From Diadema antillarum (lineage: Eukaryota): a stretch of 64,000 bases of DNA. This document shows, piece by piece, positions 45,669 through 57,600 of the stretch (position 1 is the first letter of the stretch; the number at the start of each line of letters is the position of its first letter). Under the pieces are notes generated by a model. The model saw only the letters and a list, made by a program, of their open reading frames with translations, did not search any database and had not been told where the DNA came from. The stretch lies in NCBI RefSeq assembly GCF_040938485.1, contig NW_027272591.1:248001-312000 (forward strand), read 5' to 3'. The position numbers and the translations under genes are program-made.

Positions 45669-48600
45669 CTGCATAAAAGATTGAAACAGAAAGCCACTCA
45701 TTCAACCAATCATAAAGTCAAGCTGCCCAAAGATTGTTGTGAGGAAAAGGCACAAAAGAACACACAAAGCAATGCAATGCTACCATTTCTTGCTACAAGA
45801 TAAGGCCAACTAGCAACAGTGCTAAGTATTTGAAAATCTTTACAAGGGAATGTACCGCTAGGAGAACGAAGTCAGGAAGCATTTAAATATCAATGCATAC
45901 ATAAACTGCAGTAGTCAAATACTGAGTTATAATGGCTATAAAGGTGTCAAATATTACCTGGGTACTTAATGCCCTATTCTTGGGGACCTCAACTGAACTA
46001 TCCAAGCCACCTGGGTAGATCTATATATAGTGTACCAATAATCTATCTGAACTTCTGCAAGAACTCATGGGTATTATACAAACAAAAAAACTACCATTCA
46101 TATGATATGAGACAGATTTGATTAAATAGTCAATTAAAGGAACTATGAGTCACAGTATCCGACTTTACCCAAAGAACTTTAAAAAAAAATGTACCTAACT
46201 ATGTTTTATTCTAGTCTGTGCATACCCTTAACATTTGCAGATATAAATCATCTCATCTTTCTAATACCTCTATTTGAATTTTAGTCTCCACGTCAGATAA
46301 ATGATGCAATTGATAAAAGAGTTAATATTTACACTAAACATGTACAGTTCTTGGTCAGCAATGGTCATTCCATTACTATAAAGCACAAGCTTATTAAAGG
46401 TGAAAATCATGGTCTTGTATTAGAATCACATTCTTACATAGTTTTGGTTATTAAGACAATTTTCAGAGGAGATGTGCCCTCGAATGTGTTGGACGAGATG
46501 TATACCCAAATATGAAAAAATAAACTCATGAGCACATCGATTACAAATTCTTGCTTAAAAATTCAAATTCACAGAGATACAAAAATGGATATGAGTGTAC
46601 AAAATGATTCTTCACAATGTGAGTTTTTTCTCCTACTTATGATAATTCTGTTCCTCAAATACTTGAAATTGTATCTATATATTCATCTCATATGTTTTCC
46701 TTCATTCATACACTGCAAACATTTGTTCTACCCAGTGTAAGTGCAATTACAAAAAAAAAAGTTTGAATAATTCAGTCATTTCCAGCAACTCTCAGAAGGG
46801 CTACCTCAAATCTGTATAAACCTCAAACTAGAAAGAAGAAAATATGAACCTTTTCTTGCATTGAGCTGAAGAGTCGTATCTTGCCGGACAGTCTGACCTT
46901 GAAGTGCCTTCTCCAGAGGTGGCTGCGTTCCATCATCATGGTTCCCACGACAACGTCCCCCTTCATCAGGTCATACCAGTCATCCAGGATGAATACCGCC
47001 TGCTTCCAGTGGGTGAGTCTGTTTTGAGGAGGCATCACGGTATAGACAAGTAGACAAATATAAACAAAACATTGTTGAATGAATGAATGCATGAATGAAT
47101 ATATAAATATCAATAAAATAGATACACATTGTAATAGCTACACATTATAGGAATATATAGTGACTAACAGAATGAAACTATCATATTAATGGATAACACA
47201 TATATCATTACTTAGCACAAATAACTACATAAATAAATAAAAGTAAATTCATAGATAAATATACAATGAGTGAATACATAAATAACCAAATACATAAATA
47301 AAAAAGAATACAGCTGTAGATTTAGAAATGCGATGACTGAAATAAATGATAGGTAATAAACATACAATCAAGTATGCAGGACAGGGGAGAGAGAGAGAAT
47401 GATATGTTTCACTTACGGAGACTTTGGCCCTGTGTCCAGTACAACATGGTCATCCAGACCATCATCCAGGGAAGCAAAGTCCACAGAGAACCAAGAGCCA
47501 AACCCATGGAAGGTTCCGGGTGTGGTCACTCTGAAGCTGAACTCCATCTTAATGGCCTGCACACACAACAGGAATCATTAAAAGGAAAAAACAATAAGAA
47601 TGCAAATGTCACTTTCACATTCAAAGATAAAGTATAGTTGTAATCTATTTCATTTCACAAAAATTCCATACAAAAAGAATAAACTCTGTTGTTGCTCATG
47701 GTTTTGTTTCATTTCAATATTGTTTTACTTTGGTATAGTCAGTACTGTACAAAAACAAAATCCTTTGCTAATGCTACTGAAAAAAAAAAACAAAATCCTT
47801 TGCTAATGCTACTGAAAAAAAAACAACAACCAACGCTCAACATTGAATGACTGTAATTCTTAACATGTTGTGTTGATACATTGTTTTTCACAGACATGAA
47901 AAGTCATGAGTATATCACAATCAGAGTGCAAATGAGTATCTATAAGCCACTTCTGCTGTGTTGTGTGTCATTTTTTTAATGACAAGGCTACTGACCTCCA
48001 GCTGCTGGACAGTCAGCTTGCAGAGGTCAAAGGTGAAGATGACCGCTGGCTCCGCTAAGATGTCACCAGGTTCCAGCTTTTCATTGATGAGAGGCTTGCA
48101 GAAGTACTCGGATTTGGCAGCTGCTCTGTCATGAAAGGCAATGAATGCAGGCAGCGTAAAACATCATTTCTTATTAAAGGAGACCACCGGATGATTTTCA
48201 GACTTTGACATATGAACAACTATAAACTGGTTTCACTGGGTGCAGAGTTTCAGAATTTGTAATGATTGGGATGCGGAAAGGAGTGTTTTCATAATTCATA
48301 ACAAATCACAACGAACTTATGGCAGCCTCACAACAAGAATGCATGAGTTGGGGCTCAAGGAAGAAGAACAAAAGAAGAAGGTATGCATAACTTCTACAGA
48401 CGTGAACTTGTTAAGCATGTGGTATTGTAATGAAATTGCATTATTGCCACATTTCTGAAATATGTGAGGCTCCTATGTCATCATCTTTGTTCAGTGTTGT
48501 AAATAAATTTGTTTTAGGTTTTCAGAGTATTGATTTCTCTGCTCAAGGACCACAATAATTTCCACAAATTTACACTTGGAGCTGTTGATATATGTACTAC

Positions 48601-51600
48601 AGGATGTGAAATTATGAAGATCATCTGGAATGGCCCTATAACATCAAATGAATGTTACTGACGACATTTGTAGATGTGTAAAAGCATCTACAACAAATCT
48701 CGGAATTGCACTACAGTCCACTCTCATTGCAATGAAGTCCTCAGGACCGGCAGTTTACTTTCGTTATATCAAATTTCATTAAAGCTGAACAGTAGAGGGT
48801 ATAAAGATGGAGACATTGATTTGGGGACCTGAATTATAACTTCATTGTAACAATAATTTTGTTACAACCTTATTTGTTACAAGAGCACACTGCACTACAG
48901 TTGTGACATTTTTCTCGGGGAATTCCTAATATTCCTTTTAAGGAAACCTTGCCATATACTGTAGAAACAACTATAAACACCACTCTTATCCCTACTGTGC
49001 TTTGTTTCCCAATATGCATTCAATATGGAGCTCTTGTTCGCCTATATGTACTCAGTATGTGCACAGATGTCTGGAGACTACTAGTCAGTGAATAATGATT
49101 ACCCAATCCCCCTAATCCCTATTGTACCACCATGGCCTTCCTGTTGGACTGAGGCACATTGCTACACCTGAGTGAGGCTTCCTAATCTACAGCTACACTG
49201 TGGGTCAAGTTTTGTGTTGCTTGAAGGTCAACTTTGGATGGTTTACTGAACACTGGTAAAAGAACCATGGAAGTTAAAGCTATCAAACGCTTGGACACAC
49301 AAAGGATTACACATCATTGATTTCTCTAATGTACTATACACAAGAAAGAAAAACCACCATGACACTAAATTTGAAGCTAGGATATAAATTATGCACTACA
49401 TTTGCAGCAATATACAAGACACAAGATACAAACATAACATGGTTCATATTACAGAGCAAACATCACTGTACTACAACAGGAAATTACAACATACAAAACT
49501 ATACTACCACAGAAATTGACACTTCTATTGCCATCATTGTTTTAATAGCAAGAAATTTGATAATGACGGAAAGGAATATTGAAATATTTTCAAACATAAT
49601 TGTAAGAGCATGAGACAAGGCAAATGTTCCGATAGGCATATCATCACTTTAACTCATGCCGTATTCGCCTACTGGCACATTTGTCGGAAAGCTACCATTT
49701 TTCAATCAGCAAATCTGGAATCTAGCTGTTAATGAATAGAGACTACCTTATCCCCCTAACACAATGATGTCACCATGGCTTTCCTGTTAGACTAACAGAT
49801 GCCTCTTAAAGGGACATTCCTGACGATTTTCATAATTTCACATCATGTAGTACATAAATCAACAGCTCCATGTATAGATATGCGGAATTTATTGTGGTTC
49901 TTGAGCAGAGAAACAATACTTTGAAAAACCTTAAACAAATTACACTGAACAAGGATGATGACATAGGAGGTTCACATATTTCAGAAATGTAGCAGTGTAA
50001 TTCCATTACAATACTGCTTGCTTGCGAGTTCACCTGTGTATAATCTATGTATGCCTTCTTCTTTTGTTCTGCTTCCTTGAACCCCAACTCATGCATTCTT
50101 ATGGTGACTCTGCCATGTCATCATCCTTGTTCATGACAATTTGTTATAAATGTTGAAAATATTCTTATTCTTTATCCCGATTATCATAAATTCTGAAACT
50201 CTGTCCTCAGTATAACTAATCTATAGTTGTTCACATGTAAAAATCTGAAAATCATCCGGAGGTCTCCTTTAATCTGTTGAGGACAAGTCCCGAGTATACT
50301 CAGGCAAGTGTCTATGGGAAATATGTGCTGTAGTAAAATCAAACCATCCTCAACGGGTCAAAGTGGGCTGTCTAATATCATTGTGAGAAGGTGAAGTTTG
50401 GAGGATTGAATGCTTATTGATGGGAAAAAAAAGAGCTTGTCAAATTTTAGCAAAATGCATGAGCACACAAGGGGTTAAGCTAAGTTGTCTTTTCTAAAAA
50501 AAACACTAACAGTAATTATAATAATGATAATGATAATAATAACATGGTCTTATTTATCCAGGGTAACCTCTTCAGTGTTTACACTGTCCTACCAGAGGGC
50601 CCTGCCATTATCAATCCGTTGAGGATGTGCTGATTTTGCTACAACACGCATTTCCCATAGACCCTTGCCCGAGTACCTGGTATACTTAGGACTTGTCCTC
50701 AACGGGTTAATCCAGCAGTAATTCTAGCCTGTCAAATACGACATGCGAAGTCTGGGCTGTGATCAATCAAGTTAAGGCTACATCAAGCTCTTAAAGAGAT
50801 CTCAAATAAAAAAGAATCTAAATTCCATTTGTGTCAAATCTGCTGAATGGAATACAATTGGAAAACAAACAAAATAAAATATATAGATTGTACTTCGAAA
50901 CCAGAAACATTCACAACATGAGACTGATTAGACTGACAGCCTTTTTTTTTTTTTTGAGGCATGAAATGTTTGGGAATTGCTGACCATGAAAAGATTACAA
51001 GTACATGTATATTACACACTTTGTATACTGGTAATACAGGAATGTATTTAACACACACTGTTCATCAAGTGATATAAAATACACAACAAAACTACATGCG
51101 CACTACTTTCCAAGTCTAGTTAGAATGAATATGAAGCAAAGAATGCACACTTTGTAGTTGACTTCTGAAGTGCTCCGCCTGACCTGAGCTGTACTGTGCA
51201 CAGGTGCACACATACTTAAATGTATGAATTGGATCGATTCCATTACTTGGCAGGGGTAAACTGCTCATTCCTCCCGAGTGTTTTCCATGTACAGTGAGCA
51301 GCATTTTACGGGCCTTTGATGCATTGGGTAGACAAAATGCATGCATTTGACCTTCACGAATCTTGACTCCTCAAGAAATTCACTAAAGTTTCATGCACAT
51401 GAAAATTCTGGCTTTACAGGAAAGTAACTATACAATGCAGAGTGCTGTAGTTCATTGCGTTTCTTTCATTTCACATGAGGTGAGTTTGAGAGACGTTGAC
51501 TATGCTTACTTTAGAGACGAGTAGTCCAGGTCGCACACTGAATCCCAGAATGCAATGCGCTCCTGCTGCTTGGGGGCCGAGATGGGGGCCAGGGTGAGGT

Positions 51601-54600
51601 GGGCCTGGGAGGGCCACATCCTCCCATCGTCCTTCAGCCACTTGTCCCTGGCGATGATGACGGACTCTATCATGAATTCAAACTAGAGAGTTGAAATTAA
51701 AACAAGCATGCTCCCGAGAGGCTGTCAATAAACATCTAGACGAGATGATTGACATACTGTATACGCTATAATTTTCGCGTACATAAATTTTCGCGTACAT
51801 AAATTTTCGCGAATTGCCGCTGTCACACATTTTCGCGAGTGGTTAAATTCGCGATTGGGGGACCAGAGAAAATATGAAGTGGCAAAGAAAGTGTGAATTT
51901 TCAACTTACTAGCAAATAAGAATGATACTAACGCGTTAGTTATACACTGCATGAAAAAAACTTACCAAACTCTGCGAACTAGTAAGTTAGAATTCAACAT
52001 TTTTGAAGTGGTTAAGTCCATCGCGCTAGATTTCTGACGAGTGGTCCCCTTCTGCGATAATGGATCGGCTCTCTACAGTATTCGTAAGTAGACGTGGACG
52101 TGCTACATTTACGTAAACAAGCTCAGCCAGTATGGTCTGTTCGGTAAGTCATGACATGGTATAGTCTAAGTACTGAAATGTTTGTATCATCAAGGCAAGG
52201 GATTCATTTTGGAAGGTAATATTTTCGCGTGTTGTTAATTTCGCGAATAGCTCCCAACTTGCGAAATTCGCGAAAATAAAACCCCCGCGAAATATATAGC
52301 GTCTACAGTACTATAAGTGGTTTCTTTCGCGTACAGATACTTTCTCGGTTTCTATCGGTGCTGACTTTTTCGCGTGTGTTTAAATTCGCGGTCGGCAAAA
52401 TCTGTGAATTCACAGTCGGCAAAAACTGATTTATTTTGCACATGAAAACCAAACTATAATCCAATTATTCCTTTATTTATTGAATAGAAATTAGAATTAA
52501 AGGCAGGCTTACCTGAAATCCCATCTCTCGAGTACTTTATAACATGCTTGTACCTACATTGCACGGTATCGCTGTGTGTGTGTTGACCATCAATACACTC
52601 AATGCGCGGAATCTTCATGAGTGCATGGGCGCAATAGCGTTGTAACAAGCGGCGAGTTCAAAACATTTTCGCGTGATGTTAAATTCGCGGTTCAACCTCA
52701 AAGCGCGAAAATAAAACCACCGCGAAAGAAACCACTTTTACAGTAATGATCCGATAGCATGGGGAGACAAGGGTGCCCAATTGAGTGGATCTCCATTCAC
52801 TACCTGGCCTTGAGATGGCAAAACAACATACAGTTGGTGTATCTACGTCCAACATCATTTCCAGTAAATCAAGTTTGAAGTTTTGCAAACCCACAGCTCT
52901 TTTCTCGAATATACCTGGGTCAGGTTAGTATTCCAACTCCACGGAATCCCCATGCTACCATCTTTAATAAAATTCTTTCAACTTGGAAAATATATGCAAT
53001 TTCCTCTCTCATATCTATACATGCAGTAATTGCTCAGTATATTCTTTAAATGCAAACCAGTTGACTTCAATCAAGACTAATAGGTTATGGCATACAACAA
53101 GTTGTATGTCTCTCTCCTTCTTTCTATGTTACATACTTATCTAATATCTTACTACGATGGATCTTGACAAGCATATACCTGTAGACACAATTTCCATATC
53201 TGGATAGAGAGAAGAGAAAGGTGAGAGACAGAAAACCAGCAAGAACAAGAACTGAGGGAGAGATTATCTTTCCAACAAAATCAGAAAGAACAAGACTAGA
53301 ATAAAGATAATAATGAACTTACAATGAGCAGAGTGCCCATCCACTCCGAGATTATGAGGTCTACTTTTTCGGGAAGCATCACTCCTTCAACTTTGCCATG
53401 GAAGACTTGGATATGATCCGATAAGTGGTTGTGCTCGACGAGGCTCTTTGCTGTCTCTGCGATGTCGCTGGCTTCAATAGAATACACCTTTATTGAGAAT
53501 CAAATGGAGACAAAAACAACACTGTGTTTAAATGATCTTGTGTTTATAATGTGAAACATTCCATTTTCAAAGTAAAATTTAATATATCAAGTGACTCTGA
53601 TCAAGTAGAATAGCAGATGTTTCATTAAAATCAGACACAAAGTATGACAGTTATGAAAACTTTAATGTGTCCCACACTGTATACGAAATAACAACATTGG
53701 TGATGATGATTTGGTTGAAAGGTCTATCATTCATACATAATTTATCATCAAAATGAGGAAAGGTGATATCTTAAATAACTATGGGTGTTAATGAGATTTG
53801 AAAAAAAAAAATCATTTTGCCTTTGTTACGGGTAATCATCAATAACCAATCAATAACTTCCATTCTTGTTTCGTATCAATGCAAACCTTTGCATTCTCAA
53901 ACCTTTCTCATTATACATCTGTTTGTTTTACATTAATCTACATTTCAAAGTCACGTTTGAATGTGGTGCAAAGTTTTACTTCAAGGATAATTGACCTTAT
54001 CTTTTAAATATAATGACAACAAATTTTGTACATAGAGGAATGAATAAACATTTCCGTGTGAATGAAATTGAGAAGTGAAAATCATTTAATCTAGGGAGTC
54101 AAAAAACTGAAAACAGGAATCAATGAGAGAGGAGGACATGACTACATTGTAAACTCTGAGAGGCAATGATGAAGGAATACATTCAAGTGGTTAGTGATAA
54201 GATGGTAGAGACCATAATTATGTGGTGGCTGAAAATGATAGGATGTGAAGAAACAGGAAAAGAAAATATACGAGATGCGACAGAAAAAGATGAAGATTCT
54301 GCTAGGATCGAAAGCTCAGGCCCCTTTTGACTCCATATTACTCCATTGGCTCGCCATTATTGGAAAAGCAGTTTTCAGCAGCTTTTTTTTTTTTGCTACA
54401 CAGATGAAGTACAGTACATTGAGTATGTATTCACAAGTTCAGGGAAGTATATGGATATTTGTATGTTGAATAGAGAGACAACCGAGAAGGAATAACCTTT
54501 GATAAGAAAAGTACCAGATCGGATTACGTACAGCTAGAGACTGTTGTGAAAATAAACACAGAAAGGCGCTCAAATATCGTCTGTATGTCGCACAGACAAG

Positions 54601-57600
54601 TAATTACATTGTACCTATGTCTGTGCACAGAGTAAACAGAGATTTAAAGGGAAGACTGTACATGATACTTACAACAGTGAATAAGCTTTTCCACATTCTC
54701 CCCCCCCCCCAAAAAAAAAAATGCATACACATTAATTAAAATGGCAAAAAGAATGCAAACTATACATATTTGTGACTAACAACTAGGCGCTGATACCACA
54801 TTTTGTTCTTTTACTTTAGATAACTCACCTGCTTTGCTGCTCCGTGTTTGGCACACAGCATACTTAGGAAGCCTGTCCCACATCCCACATCTAGGACCAC
54901 CTGCAAGTATTTAATAAAGCAAGGTTCATAATCGTTTCTGATTGCAAATTCTGGTGTAGGGGTCCTTGAACTGCACGTGTTATTACCCCTAACTTGTTCA
55001 GGAAAACTCCTGGGCATATTCAGGGAGATGGCAATGATAGGGAAACCAATTACCTACACTGTATATCATAATTTTATTTCATTGGAAATATTGTAACGAA
55101 ATGATATTAAGACATATTTTCCTGCTAAAATGTGTGTCCCAATTATAAAACTATACCAAGGAAATGATTAGTTAAGTAAATGTTTGTTCACCTGTCAAAA
55201 AAAAAAAAAAAATTAAATAATGATGGTTACGATTTCATCCCAAATTAAAAAACTAAAGTGAAGCAGTTGGATAATAATGTGTGTAAAGAAATGTGGGCCA
55301 GTTCTGTCCCTTTTTTTTTAGTGTATCAGATATACTTACCCCACTCGATGACATACAATGTACACGTGTATGTACATTGTACCTCTTGTAGAAATTAAAC
55401 ATCAACAAGGAAATGAAAAACTGATTTTAGTTGATCTTCATCATCTACAATATTGTACATACTAAGGAAAAATGTTTGATCCCGATATTGGTGAGGCCTT
55501 TCCCCCATGGAACAAAAACATCACTGGTTGTTGAATCTACAAGGCAATGACTGAGGTGGGAAAGTGCAGAATTCAAGGGGTGAAATCATATGATTTTATA
55601 CAGGTTGTGAATGTGTGAAATTAAGTACATGTATAATCATCTCCACCCCTCCCCAGGGGTGGATCCAGGAATTCTGTTAAGGGGAGGCACCTTTACAAAA
55701 TTAAAGGGGGGGTGCACATGCTCCCCCCTCCCCATTTTTTTCTTTTTATATCTTTTGTTTCAACAAAAAATAAAAAGGGGGCGCACCCAGTGTGCCCCAG
55801 TCTGGATCCGCCACTGCCTCCCTGAAACAGGATAATAATCAGGCCAAGGAACATTAAATGCTGTGAGTGAAAAGCTGTATTAGCAAACAGTGCAGCAACC
55901 ACAAACACAGTGGAAATAAAACATGTGGCTCCATCGGAATACTCTAACATTTCAAACCTTGCAAAACAGAAATATTGCATAAATTTCTGACAAATTTACT
56001 TGTCATGGTTTGTCTCTTATACATCTTAAATTCCAGGAATAGTTTTCCCCTCTAGCACCTGAATATCAGAGGGTGCATTTGACCACTCTCCTGAAGCCAA
56101 CTGAACCGTACCGTACCCATGCCACAGGAACACTCGGATGCTCCTAAAGTGTTAGTACCATATCAAGCTGAACCGAGCCAAAAGTGGACCATTTCCCGAT
56201 GTGCTCCAAAGGGTTACCAAAAGCTTACCAAGAGTTCACATGTGAAGCATGAGCGTATCATGCTAATAGGTAATGTAATGCAAAGAGTTCATTCTCTTTG
56301 TTCGGGACATCTGTAAGTAGTTTAAGGGTGCCAGGTGAATGACCCTCCTGCTACAAAAATGTGTGACCCCCTCTAAAAATAACTCATGAGGTACGCTTTC
56401 TCAACAGAGCACTCGAACACTCCAAATCAGGCACAGTTCAGTATGGTAAGCTTTGGATCAGTTCACTTTAGAGCGCTTGAATGCACCCATTGGATCTTCT
56501 TTGCCATAAAACTTATGGGAGAGAGACGGAGAAAGACAGAAAGAGAGAGAGAGAGAACTTATCTTACCTTTCCTTCTAAAAATTTCTTGTTTTTGACGAT
56601 GGCATTAAAGTAGGCCTCATTTCTGGCTGTGTCACTCAGCATCTCCTGTTGCAATTTCTGCAAAAATGAGGAGAACAGTGATAGCAAACAGGTATATCTA
56701 TTTTGTGTGCCTAACAATACATATTTGTAATACCATTCTTATCATCATACATTTTGCTAACCATATTATAGAGGTCATATAGCCTGTACACAGCACATAC
56801 CAATCTAAAATACAGTGGCCACATAGAATACAAGCCACAGTAAAGAGTACTATTTTAATATTCAAAACAGTGTGGAATGGACGTGTATGAAATTCAACTT
56901 CCAGTAAGACATAAACTCTACTTTTCAAACCTACTGTTAAGGTTAGAAAGCTTAACCCAATAAGGATGGGGAATTTCGCTACAACATGCATTTTCCATAG
57001 ACAATTGCCCGAGTATACTCGGGACTTGTTCTCAACAGATTAATTACATTTTAGTTTTCATCTAGCTCTGCTTTTTGAGCAAGAGTTCAACTGAACAACA
57101 GTGTAAATTTATCATGCATTATCGATGCACTATGGCCTTCTTTGCTTGCAAGGAGAATTTTTCATGTTCTTGCACAATTCTCAATTGTTTTATCTTTTCT
57201 TTTTTTAAAGAGCACTTACAAAAATTCGAGAATGTATTTGACCAAACAAAAAAAGGTAATAATGCAATGAAATGAATCATGTAGCTTTACCAGTGTGCTG
57301 TAGCTTCCAAAGTATTCTTCATCTTGCCAGTCAGGCTTGGTGATGGAACTGTGAGGGGGCTTCGTTGTGACGTGATTGGTGGGAATGTAACCGGTTACGC
57401 TGCCCTTGCGTGCCCACCACCAGTGCCCAGTCGTCTTGCACAGCACAGACAGCAACTGTCCACTCTCAAAACTTAGCTAAAAAGCAGAAATGATAAGTCA
57501 CTGAGATTAAGCAGACAATAATTTCCCTGGTAGCGCATTGAAATTTGCTATGCATTTTTATATGACTGCTATACAAAGTTTCTTGTGTGTAGGGTTTTTT

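Noticed and set aside
46823-46849. PRMT2 ending by read-through as VHIFFFLV*
   Set aside because: A donor AAG|GTTCAT and a downstream exon VFDKTFGVWR* (45668-45636) restore the expected PRMT2 C-terminus.
47751-47822. Perfect 35-bp tandem duplication in PRMT2 intron 7
   Set aside because: Bounded by A-runs, so best explained as slippage or an assembly artefact. No functional signal.
48240-50096. Similar peptides MHELGLKEEEQKKK and MHELGFKEAEQKKK as a duplicated gene
   Set aside because: Translations of two inverted MITE copies. The frames are not preserved beyond a short stretch.
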